Part shown: positions 11,329 through 23,441 of the stretch, piece by piece
How the letters are laid out: every line of letters starts with the position of its first letter
Position numbering within the stretch: the stretch's first letter is position 1
DNA from: Catajapyx aquilonaris
Lineage: Eukaryota
Assembly (NCBI GenBank): GCA_000934665.2
Contig: KZ538954.1
Span: 1-38,772 of the forward strand
Direction of reading: 5' to 3'
DNA: 38,772 nt
Position numbers and translations under genes: made by a program
The notes under the pieces: generated by a model
The model's database searches: none
Told to the model about the DNA's origin: nothing
Seen by the model: the letters and a program-made list of their open reading frames with translations, nothing else

Positions 11329-14300
11329 GGGGGGGGGGGGGATCTCGTAGGACTGACGTGAGCAGTCAAGCGGAAACCCCCAAAGTGTCAAACATTTGAG
11401 GGTTTTCTGAAAACTAATCAGCTGCAATACCACAGGGTGTCTAATAAACTAGCAAGCAATCAAACTTGGCACGATGTCAACTATACCCCTACAAAGATTA
11501 TTACACCACAATTCAGTACAGAAATTTTAATTCGATTTTTTACTAAATTATAGGTGGCCCAATATGCAAATTTTACGAACGAAAAATGTACTTGGTACAC
11601 CTTTAATTCTCACTCAAAAAACCTGACATGCCTTCGGGGGGGTCTGTACAGCATTTCCAACTGACGTGAGCAATCGATAAAATAATTTTTTGGAGCGGGT
11701 ATTACAAAAGAAGCTCCAGGCATCATTTTCATAGAGAGGGTTCTATATAGCAGTGTAGATAATATCAGGAGGAAAAAAACGCACATTCCACCAGGCTACA
11801 CACCCGTTCAAAAATTAAAACACTCTGAAAGCAAGTCCTGGTTCGAGTACAGGGACATTCTTTATTGAAACACCTCTAAATAATGAATAACTGCACTGAA
11901 ACTAACTACTTCGGTCACAGTTGACCGCACAAGTGCCCCCCCAAAATGGACGTACCTAGTCTCGGTTTTAGGAACAAACGCCGCAACTAACAGCCAGCTA
12001 ATCCAGCCTTAATTAACTCGAGAGCATTACAAAACATGGAGGCTAGTAAGACAACCTTTGTGATTAATTATTTAATCGCAATATTGGTACTTAAAATTGC
12101 TTTAAAAATATTGAAACCTCCGCTTTGTTTCATCCTGGCATGATGCAACCCAACGAACACGCTTCAATGATGACTCACCGCGGACAGAGTCACAAACCCT
12201 AATATGATTTGGTGAAAGCCCGAATCAAGCTAGATTCACACGATGTCGATGTCTTTAGGTCAAACTAATATTAGGTCAGTCCTTTTCTTTTCTCGGCCAA
12301 CACTTTCATGATTCTGGTCGTTCCTTAGCCCTTCAGCAATTCCATCTCCGGACCTTTCCATTCCTTAATCCTTCCTCTAAAATCCCATTTCTGAGAGACC
12401 CCCCTAAGGCAAACCCTTCTTTTTTATCCTGTGGTCTTGCGCCAGAGGATAGCGGATTGGTTTTAGGATAATGTCATTGTGACGCCCAAAAAGAAAGAGA
12501 AAACCTTTCGCAAGTCAAACCCCTTTTTTTTTTTCGGAGAACCGAACAGGCCTTAACTGGCTGACATGCCTTTGAAAAATGGCCGGATCAGCATCGATGG
12601 CCCATATCTTCTTCTTCTTTTTTTTGAAAGCAGTTTGATGACGCGGCTCAAATTTTCATTCAATTGAGCAAGAACAAACGGATGGTCGCAGAAAAAATAT
12701 TTGGCACGAGTTATTGATGAAATGACCCATTTCGCAAATTCAATCATGGAATTGAACCTGTCTGCGTGCATTTTTCGGTCTTTTTTTTGTTACAGAAGAG
12801 AGATCACGCCAATGCCTGGGATCCACGCGATCGTCAAGCTTTGTTGAGGGTAGGGTGATAATAAGTAGATTCTACAGAGGGGGGNGAATGATATAGGCAA
12901 TAAAAACAATGCCGGGTGGTTTAGTGTTTAATATGGCGGCGTCGGATGAACAATGAAACTTTAATCATTCGTATTTCGGCGTGGTGAAATCGAGTTTTTA
13001 TGGCGTGGTCTGTTATTATGGCGGTTCTGGTTTTTATGTCTGACACTTTTTTTTCCCTGAGATCACAGAACCGCTTGTAATAAAACAGGTGTTTTTTTAT
13101 AGAAATAAGCAATATACCACGTGGTCTTACCGATAATTTTATAAGCAAATGCATACATACATAAATTGGAATATCTCTATATACTTATAATCTATGCGCA
13201 TTACAGCCTGTGAAATTGCAATAAATTATTCAGTGCACAGTTGCAATAATAGTGAATTAAATGGCACGATTGTTCCCAATTTAATCTGCATAATGTATAG
13301 CCACACGACGCTGTGTACACAATGCATTAAAATAATTCACAAAATATGTTTCGCTAATAAACTTGTGGCAAAAACCAGGTTCCTTTTAGGTCAATTCTGA
13401 CCGCCGCCAGTGGTGAAAACGTCATGCGTTCATTAATCACTAAAAACAGCTCAAGCTCATCAATCACTAAGTATAGAAACAGGAAACTTGACTTTCCGTC
13501 AACTCGAGAGCTGTAAACGCAACAAGTGCTGCAAGGAAAGTTTAGAGTTTGGTGCAACCACACCGCCTTCTCGTTTATTACTACATCCTGTTGCGGAAAT
13601 TGCCAACGTCTGCTTACATAACCGCCGAGTCATTCATCACTTCTATAGGTTTGATCCAACATGATTCGACCTAAAAAAAATATGAAAAAATATTTCCCGG
13701 TATAATCTACCTGCGTCTGTCTTTTGGTTGCTCTTGTTTGATATGTCAATCAACTCTGACTCATTTGTGTTGTCGAACAACAATAAATCCAGGCTGGCTG
13801 GATGATGGCAGATTGGCTGCGGGATAAGTGATGTATGTTTTACCTGCTGGTGACGGAATAAGCGGGTGTGTATATACCGGTACCCATACTTTTTGATTGA
13901 TACTCTCTTTTTTTTCAGAGAGGCGCTTCATAATTGGCGTTTGAATTTATATGCCGATTTCAGATTACACGCATCGTCGGTGTCACCCGGGCTGGTATTA
14001 AAACTGCGCAAATTTGACCCCATATTTTTTGTGCCTGAAAACCCCCAAAAAATGTACTGCGGTACTCGGAATAATGCAATTGAAAAGTGACATGAAAACT
14101 GTTCATAACCGTGGCACGGTTTTTGTAAATAAAAATTGCAATGCGATCGTTTAGATGAGATTTTGCTTTTGCAAAAATCAGAGTGCTGTTTGCTAACCCT
14201 TTTTTTGTGACGGAAATATGGGTTCAGTGCAAAAAAAACGCATGCGAAAAGGGAGACCTCCGATCAAATATTTACAACGAACATGTACAGTAAGGCTCTC

Positions 14301-17300
14301 GAAAAAAAAAAGCCCATTGTGTCACAGAATGATTAAACACACCGTTTAATGGAAGCGGAACTGTAATACTGATTTTACTGCCCTAGAACTGTAAATATTC
14401 CCTCGACACATGTTCCGCCAAAAATATTGCACTCATCTTGTCAAGTACAGTACAATTCAAAAAAAAAGCGCCTGAAACTAGACAGTACAAAACACATCCA
14501 TGTTAAACAGGTTGCCTGACTATCAGGATGAAACATTTTCCAGCTCCCCCCAAAAAATGCACACTCAACAATATTCTCCAGAAAAATATCACGTACAATC
14601 ATACGTGCTTCAACTTTGCCCTTTTTTTGTCAATGACCTTAATTTTTAAGACGCTCGCGACCCTCTCGTTTTTTTTCTCTCTCCAAAAGTCTCAACCTCC
14701 AAAGTCGTGCTGGAAGTACAAAAAAGGACCACCCCTCCTCTTTTTCTGCAAAAAAAAAAAACTTCCCCCCCCCCCCCCACCCCAACATCAGCAGTCGAAA
14801 TTTTATTACCGGGTCATATAGAAGGTGATGTATAGTGCAATCCCCTCGCTACTCTTTGGCATTCGGGGGGCGATAAAGTCTGGCGGTCCGTCAAGAGGAA
14901 AAGGCAAAAAAAGGACCAGGCTTACTTCTAACTTAAAACTTTAAACCTCCACAATTTATCCGGGGCGGATCCGGCGGTTTGAACTTAGTGACACAAGGCC
15001 TCAGTCCTAACCTAACACAATCAAACCTCCCAAAGGGATAATTGCATTTGCTTGCAGTTACACTGATTTTCGGTTTTAGTGGAGGGGAGGGTTTGGGTTG
15101 GGTTTTAGTTGGAGGCTTGGCCCACCCCCACCTACAGGCCACGTCCCCTTTTGGCTTCGTTAAAACGCCGCAGTTGTCCGTTCCGGAGACAGCTCTGCAC
15201 TTTTGGAGTGGTCCTTTCTATAGGAATTTCTAAAAACCAACATTAGTGCAAAAGCATGCTGCACTGTTTTTTTTATAAATGTTAAGAACACGGTTAACGA
15301 CCATGGTGTGAAATGCAAATAAATATATAAAGTAATATCAGGTATTTTATAAAATAAAATGTGAACTATAGACCGGGGACAAAACACTGTAGAGAGGTAA
15401 TGTCACTGTATGTTCATTCAATTGGAACGCATTGGGACTTTGTGCTCAAAAGGGCAATGAAACTACGTACATTCCAGGCCCTGCAGAGAGTGGATTTTTG
15501 CAGACTCAAAAGCTCCGGAGTGCTGCACTGCCAGTATTTAAAACACACAAAAAAATAGACCTTTATGAAACACTGTACTTGTCACCAGCTGTTTCCACCT
15601 CCCTGACACTGTAGCACTGCCTCTTGACATCTCGCAAAATATTCTCCACTTTTACACTTTTTATACTTTAAAAATATATAATAATAATAACAAGCATCGG
15701 AATTGAAGAATATATTGATAAAATGGTAGAAATTGCTACATGGTAACCTGACACCCAATGGACAAAAATATTAGCATCCGCCATTTCTATGCCCATTATT
15801 GGCGGACATTTTTTTTTACTGCCCCGATTTAATAACTCAAACTTTGGATACGCACTTCATTAGCCTGATCCACTACCTGCACGTCACCGGAAATTAATTG
15901 GACCATTCCAGCAGTAGCCGGGGCCCCCCCAAGTCCTTTTCACACCACGCTCGACAGCTTCATATTCAATTCCTTCCGTTCCCCTTCACAGCCCCATAAT
16001 TCTCTCTTTATTTCACTCTGACCTTCGCACTGCATACAAAATAATGCTCCAGGCTTTCACACATACGATATGAAGGCTGGTGGTGGGGGGAGGGGGGAGG
16101 GGGGTGTGTTGCCTCCTAACCTTTTATGCCCAACAGTGCCCGCCCTATTCTGTTGGCTCCTGCTCAAAATAACTCCCTGTGGACTCGACCACCCGACCAG
16201 CTTTTTATACTTGGCTAGTGTTAAACCGAGAGGTGGCCTACGGTTAGTTTTCCAGCTGGATGGACTGACCACAACCGAGTTTTTTTTTCGCGAATATTTT
16301 TTTGGCGGGACACCAAAATTTGAGGGATCAATCTGGACCATGCATATAATAAAATGCTTCAGTCATGTCGTGCCACTAACAGAAGAAGATGGCATCTACT
16401 AATTTCTTGACTAATTTCCTTCCCAACTTCATGACAGTACATTTCAAGCTGAAGATAATCCAGGTACCCTATACACTGGCTTAAAATTTACATTTCCAGA
16501 TATATACCGGTGCATTCGGGTGTGCAGTGTGTGGGTTAGCTTGGAGCGCTGTGCAAATATCAGATATGCACTGCAATTATTTCTTTGCACTGTATACAGT
16601 CTATCGCTAATTTAGAACCGGGTTTTGCACAGTGCAATGGTGCTTGTCAGGCATAAAAGGAGAACAAAGCCGCCGGCACTTTCGGGAGGGGGGAAAAAGT
16701 TGCATTAACTGATATATACCCTTTCTCCTTTTAATTGCAAGTTATAAATTTTTTGCCAACAGGATTACAGTGCCCCTGATTAATGTAGCTGTAACTATTG
16801 GTACGATATAACTTTTTTTTCCAAATATGCTTGAGGGTCATTTTTGGCGAGTTGGCAAAAACAAAGCAAATATTTTTCTAGTAGTTAATTATGCAGAAAT
16901 GTTTTTGCATTATATAGTATTAATTACGCTGAACAACTCGCATTTTATCGATTATTTACGAATAAAATCTGGGCACAAATTTGGCAATATTCTTGCTCCT
17001 TCTTATAAGATCCTTCAAAAAAATGTCACATGGTCCTTACTCCATTTCTATTGCGCTTGATTGATCGCCGCGCAACTGTGACGGCTTGATTGAATTCTGC
17101 GCCAGCCGGTTTCGCAAAAAAAAAAAAAAAACCTCCAAAGAAATCATTTTTGCACCTCCATTGTATGACGAAATGATTCAGAGAACAATCGGGTCGTGTA
17201 TCAATACATTCAGAGGTTCGATCTGACATATGCTGAGTAGGCGTTCAAACGGAGCCATCTCATCCATTTTTCTATATGCAAGACAGTCGCTTTTGTGCAA

Positions 17301-17694
17301 AAAAAAAATCGGAAAAAATAAGCCCCCGGAATATCTGCGGAAAAGTGAGGTAAAGGAAACGCGACAGGTCGCAATTTGTCATCCAGGGCAGCTGTATAAA
17401 CAGCGGTCGAAATGAAGTGGAGGAGAAGCGTTGGAGCTTTCAAAATCGCGGCATTAATCACGGTCCCTGGATAACATTGTTGGACATTTAGCATGCGAGG
17501 AGTTTGAGCGATGTCAATTTGGGCGAAGCCAATCAGCAAATTCGCGAAATCACAATTGTTCAAAATATTCATGCAAAAAAATTTAGTCCCTCACACAACG
17601 CCTCCCAGATCGTGATGGAAAAATATGCATAAATGTAAATTTTCACCTGAATTTAATATTTGAAATTAAATGGGACGTTTTGATATTTTAACTT

Positions 17695-17975
17695 TCGCAC
17701 TAATATTTTTTATTAATTTCACACTAATATTTTTATTAATAATTTCACACTAATATTTTTATTAATTTCACACTAATATTTTTATTATTGAATTTCACAC
17801 TAATATTTTTATTAATTTCACACTAATATTTTTATTATTGAATTTCACACTAATATTTTACTTATTAAATTTCACTGTAATATTAATCAAATTTTATACT
17901 GTAATATTAATCAAATTTTATACTGTAATATTTTATATTACATGTACACTAATCTTTTAAATTAATGTACACTGC
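17695..17975. repeat. AT-rich minisatellite, 23-27 bp unit (AATTTCACACTAATATTTTTATT), grading into a 24-bp variant (ACTGTAATATTAATCAAATTTTAT)
   Basis: CACTAATAT at 17698, 17722, 17748, 17771, 17798, 17821 and 17848; ACTGTAATAT at 17874, 17898 and 17922. Confidence 0.9.
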
Positions 17976-19221
17976 ATTTTTTGCGGATTTTTGGTGGATT
18001 CTGAGATCCGTCGAGCTAATTAAATTTTACAATATAACATTATAAATAAATTTTACACTGTAATATTTTTAAATAAATTATATATTTTCATTTCGAGAAA
18101 TTCCATTGAAGCCCTTGTAATAATCTTTTAAAGCGAGTTGCTCTGCCTGAATATAGGCCTTTTATGTTTGCTCCACATATCAAGCCTTGCCAGGTCTAAC
18201 CTAATTGGAACCGCCAAAAAATCGCCAAAATTGTGCAGACGTCACCACATTTTTGGCACGTGGCAAAAATCCGGCTGATTGTCCCCTTGCAAAGACATGC
18301 CTCCCATTCCGGATGCAACTAGACGCGGCGCAATGCGGAATAACCGCGCCTGCGCCTCGATTCGGACGCGGCCTCTCATTCGGTCGCACCCTCAGCCTTT
18401 TGGAGGGGGGGAAAAAAAGAAGTTTTACACCATATAATTCAATTTGGCGAAGTGCGATCCGGATCTCCTCTGGGCACGAAACCTGGATCGCAATAAGCGG
18501 CGTCATCAAAAGCTCCGACAAAAAAGTTGACATCCTGACCCCACCCAGGTCCAACTCGCATGTGCCAAAAAATCTCCTACTGACCTACGATTATTTGTGT
18601 TCGGGTCCACCCTCACGGTTTCCGCCCACCGTAAATCATGATTTACGTCCCGATAAATCACCCCTCCCAACTAACTCACCCTCCCCTTTTCCACCTGTTT
18701 TGAGTGAATTGTACCCCTGCCACGTCACAACCGAACGCAATTACTGCCACCTACAGCTCGATAATTTTTCCTGGCAAAACTTGTTTACTTTTTCACAATA
18801 ATAAATTATTGAATCGGTGATGTATACTGTACAACACTCCCGGATTGATGTTTTATTAACGTAACCCCCAGAAAATCCGGATGAGTGTCCCCCCCTCCCA
18901 CGCCCCCCTGTTTTAAAAGAGCGACATGTACGTTGTAAATAATACGTACCGATTTACGAGCCAGCTTGCGGTTATCAAAGCTTCTCCTGCTTTTTGAAAT
19001 CGCAATGAGGTCGTGCAATGAGAGGCTACAGACTCGACGTTCAGTAATTCTATACATCATGAACCAGGCTCGTAAAACACGGTGCGTTATGGACTCATGC
19101 CTTGTACCGAAAATCGTAAAATAAGGCCATTACATCGGAAGGGGGAAAAAATTACAGCTACGACACACTCCAAAAAATTTCTCCAAATATTACGACTGCG
19201 CTTTTTAGGTCAATTTGTGAC

Positions 19222-19880
19222 ATTATCGATACTTACGATGTACCGGTATCTATAGTTATGATACCGGTACTGTATAAAAATCATAACTATCGAAATATCA
19301 TAACTTAGGCTACAGAGATATCGTAAGAATCGAAATATCATAAAGTTACGATATTTCGATACGATAGTTACGATACCGGTATCTCTATAATTACGATCAG
19401 TTACGATATCAGTTATGATTTCGATACGATAGTACCGATATTTCTATAATTACGATCAGTTACGATATCAGTCATGATTTCGATACGATAGTACCGATAT
19501 TTCTATAATTACGATCAGTTACGATATCAGTTATGATTTCGATACGATAGTTTCGATATCTCTATAATTACGATCAGTTACGATATCAGTTATGATTTCG
19601 ATATAGAGATCTCTATAGTTATGATATTTCGATACTTATGATTTTTCTACAGTTACGATGTCTCTGTCGATAGTTACTATTAGTTACGGTATTCCGATAC
19701 TTATGATATTATCGATACTTGCGACATTTCAATACACCCTACGTATATTATCGATACTTATGATATTTCAAGAGTTGCGATATTTCTATAATTACGATGC
19801 TCCGATACTTACGCTATTCCGATACTTACGATATACTTTTCTATCCATTTCTGATGTTAATGCCAATTTTATATCGATAT
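19222..19880. repeat. CGATA-rich composite repeat containing a near-perfect 59-bp tandem array (about 3.7 copies, 19384-19603)
   Basis: TCTATAATTACGATCAGTTACGATATCAG starts at 19384, 19443, 19502 and 19561. The flanks consist of degenerate TACGATA / TCGATACTTA subunits. Confidence 0.9.
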
Positions 19881-20899
19881 TTACATCCAATACACTCGTC
19901 AGTTACTTCCGATTTTTTTTTAAATCCCTTAGCTAATTTTAACTCCTGGATTCTGCTGATCTTGCACCAAAAACCGTCGAAAGATAGCCTACACATAAAA
20001 AAACTCGTGTTTTCAGCATGCAACTCGCAGGTAATTCCCGCCCGAAAAGTAATCACCTCGTTGCTATTAATAGTCGATTACAGCTTTATGGGGTGTGGGT
20101 ATAAAATCGAGCTCCAAACGTAATTGCGGGCTGTAATTGGCAGCTCCCAAGACATATTGGCTCCAAGCTTGGAATGAGAAAGTTTGAAGCTGTGCAAAAA
20201 CCTGTAGAGAAGCCCAAACGATCTTTGCAAAAAAGAAAAATCCGCTCATATTTCCACATTTTTGTTTCACCTTTATTTTCACGAATCACCATCAGCTATT
20301 CAAGCCTGATTAACACCCGAGGGCACACCGAATTATTGAAAATCAACCTGTGTATACCGGAATGTTTAATAAAACAGAGAGGCTTGCTGCGGGGAAATCG
20401 TGCCGTTGCCTCTACCCCCAGTGTTTTGGGTGCACAAACACGCAATTGATCCTTCACACGCGCTCGATTATTTACATTCGTCTAATCCGGTGTCGTTAAT
20501 GAGCACCGACCAGAAATCCAAAGCGTTTCCCATTGGCCCCCTGGAAAAGGGCGTCATCAAACTGGTTGGAAACTCTTTGTTGACTCGAGGCTTCAAGATT
20601 ACACTCGACTTGTGTCCGATTGCATTCCAGCAACACAATCACTTCATATTCCCCGTGTGTCAAAAGTTTGGGAAGCCTTCAATAGGTTTATCATGACATG
20701 TGATTTATGGATGATCTTCAAGAGTCACACGCGAGCCGATTATTACCATACAGAAAATTCCATGACGTGTTGGGCCTCGTCAAGAGCGATCGCTCATAAT
20801 TACTGGCTACCCGAAATCAATCGCATTTTGAGTCGCTAGACCGGAATCTAGTTTCCATACCAGTTGGGAATAACAAAGCGTGCGTATGTGTGTGATCTG

Positions 20900-21113
20900 G
20901 AACGATAGGACCGGGCATCACGTGGCGGAGGGTTTTATATATAGGAGCGTGGTCATAATGGGCGTGTGGCAATGAGGGTAATGGAAAAATATGGTGGAAG
21001 TCGTGCGTTTACACGAGCTGTCACGGTGGGTTCAGACGGAGTCGTTTGTCATTGTCGTTTGGGTCGTTGTTGTCAGCCAATCAGAGCTGGCGATTTGAAT
21101 CCACCAATCAGAG
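20900..21113 (-). promoter_or_regulatory. Candidate minus-strand promoter-like motif cluster
   Basis: Two CCAATCAGAG 10-mers (21077, 21104), GC-box-like GGGCGTGTGG near 20960, minus-strand TATATATAAAA at 20943-20933, and E-box CACGTG near 20918. Motif evidence only. Confidence 0.25.
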
Positions 21114-21777
21114 TCTGTCACATAAACTGACACAAAGATTAGCATAATCCGCTTTATGCTGCTTATAGTAGCCAACAAAAATTGCATTTTCGTCGCTTAG
21201 TATGAAAATGCAATTTTTTGGGGGGTCGCTTAATCGCATATTAAGCCTCTCACAATTTTTTCTAAAAATCCATGACGGGCTTCAAAATTCACATTTTATA
21301 CCCATCATCCATAACCCAAAAAGGTGGCAAAATGCACAAAGAAATCTCGTTCCAACAACGCAGGCATTGTTACACCTAATAAATAAAATCGCAGCCTTTG
21401 CTATATCGAGAAAAAAAAAACCGCAATATTTACCCGCAAAAAAAATTTACCCGCGCGTTGCATTGCAGTGAAAATTAAGCTCCTGCAATGTATACATAAA
21501 AGAACACTTGCGAAAACGCACCGAGGTCTGATTATTTAGATTGGACCTATGAGAATACTCTGTTTTACCACCCAGACAGGTATAAAAAAACAGACGCAAT
21601 ATTCCAGCCTTTTTCCGCATATGAATGCACAATGCATGCCAAATGAGCACTTCTTGATTACACTTTTTCGTAATTCTAAAAGTCTGAAGTGTACTGAAGT
21701 AAAACCAGACGAAAACTTTCATTCGCCCGGTAACTGATGAATTCAGAGTAATTTTACCATATTGTAGGTCAAACAGG

Positions 21778-22035
21778 ACATTTTGTATCCAAATATTGCT
21801 ACCATTTTGTATCCACATAGATGTGCCATTTTGTCCAGTATCTTAATAGAACCATCCAAAATCTTCATCTGGACACAAAATGGACACATCTGTTTGGATA
21901 CAAAATGACGCATCATTTGGATACGGGTCTCGGACTTTTCGCCCCCGCAGTCTCACCCCCGGACTTTTAGCCCCCGGCAAACAGATGTGTCAATTTTGTG
22001 TCCAGATGAAGATTTTGGATGGTTCTATCAAGATA
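21778..22035. mobile_element. Fold-back / MITE-like element with a 58-bp inverted repeat
   Basis: 21839-21896 is the reverse complement of 21978-22035 with 2 mismatches around an 81-bp spacer. A second, more diverged inverted pair links 21803-21838 with 21869-21907. No transposase and no clear TSD. Confidence 0.7.
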
Positions 22036-23382
22036 GCAGATATTTTGTCTATCCAGTTGGCTGATGATTAAGACACTTTGAGCAGACGTCTAGCCAAATT
22101 AATATTAACAGCTCGCAACATCCTCATGCCGATACAGATCTCCGGACCCAAGTTTAGAACCGAGCCTGCAACAAGCTCCCGTCCCCAACGTTATCGTTTG
22201 CATTTAATGCCACGTTAGTGTCAATAACACACGGCATTAATCTCCCGTATAATTACAACGCCGGACTAATTAAGTCCGCGGTACCGATGCGCATTGCACA
22301 TTTCAAGCAATGCTATAAATCAGATGGTATAGGAGAGAGAGGCCAGGTAATTAAATATATATACAACGGAAAGGCCTGAGTGACAGTGCAGCTCTCGGAG
22401 GTTCTCTTAATCAGAACCCTCCCCAAAGTTCTAGAGTCGCGGACTATTATAGAACATTATGCAGACCCGTACTCCTTGGCTGTAGAGAGAGAGAGAGTCT
22501 TCAACGATGTGCCAAATTACTATTCTAGTCGCGGGAGGCAAGGGGTTAGGGGAAGTTGCTCCAGAAAATCTCTCGCCATACTGTGCCAGGACCAACTCGC
22601 AGCACCCTCAGGATGATTACGGTGAAAAGGTTCAAGCTTGTAGGATGGTTAATTGCGCCAATTGGGATGGGGGGGAGTGACTTACGGGGGGTGGAAGTGA
22701 ATGAAAATGGGTGGCCCAAGACAGGATGAGTTAGGTCGTCTCTAGGATCGGTTCATTAATGTTTTACATTCCAGTTTTTGGATGGAGTTCAAGTAGTTGT
22801 AACTATATACCAGTAATTCCAACCGTGCAAGCTGCGCGAACTGATGCGCGCACTCGGTTGCGCTCGTAAAATATTCACCTGCAGTATATTTTTGGAGGGT
22901 AAAAACAAGTGCACTGACATGTTTCATGCAATTTACTGTCACTGTAAGCACCGGACTTTGATCAAGCTCCGTAGCAACGTTAGGTTTCGCATACAAAACA
23001 CCACCCACCTCATCTACACTTTCCCCCAACATGGCTCCCATTTTCACCCCACCTTCCAAAATTCTCTTCCGCTCTTCTCTAACAGCATCAAACTACTCGT
23101 CACGCCATTACCAAAATAATGCGCTTTATTCTCGCCTACGGCTTTCTCCGATACATTATGCATATCAGTTCTCTGGTCCAGAGGGAGACGCGCTTTTTTG
23201 GGGAGGAATTTGCTCCATCCCCTACCATGCACTTTCCTTCCAACACTGCAAAAAAAATAGGCGTGGGTTTTGATGGGGGACTATAAACAATTGAGTATGC
23301 TTCGGCAAGAAATAAACATATTTAGTTGAGATCGTAAACGGGACTAACGTGACAGTTATGGCGGGATGTTGCGTTATGAATA

Positions 23383-23441
23383 ATTTGCATGCAGATAACG
23401 CCGACTATAAAAGCCTACCGGAAGCGCCGCTGCCATCATTG
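23383..23441 (+). promoter_or_regulatory. Candidate plus-strand TATA-Inr core promoter
   Basis: Octamer ATTTGCAT at 23383, TATAAAAG at 23406, ETS-like CCGGAAG at 23418, and Inr-like TCATTG with its A at 23438 (32 nt from the first T of the TATA box). Motif evidence only. Confidence 0.25.

Noticed and set aside
12770..13920. Strong-looking plus-strand acceptors (e.g. near 12795 and 13918) as exons of a nested gene
   Set aside because: No consistent downstream reading frame with a donor; T-runs followed by AG are frequent by chance here.
15006..15016. CCTAACCTAAC as interstitial insect telomeric (TTAGG)n
   Set aside because: Only two units; expected by chance.
18205..18801. Longest ORF (198 aa) in a GC-richer patch
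   Set aside because: No recognisable domain, non-ATG start, no convincing splice boundaries; length is explicable by local GC content.
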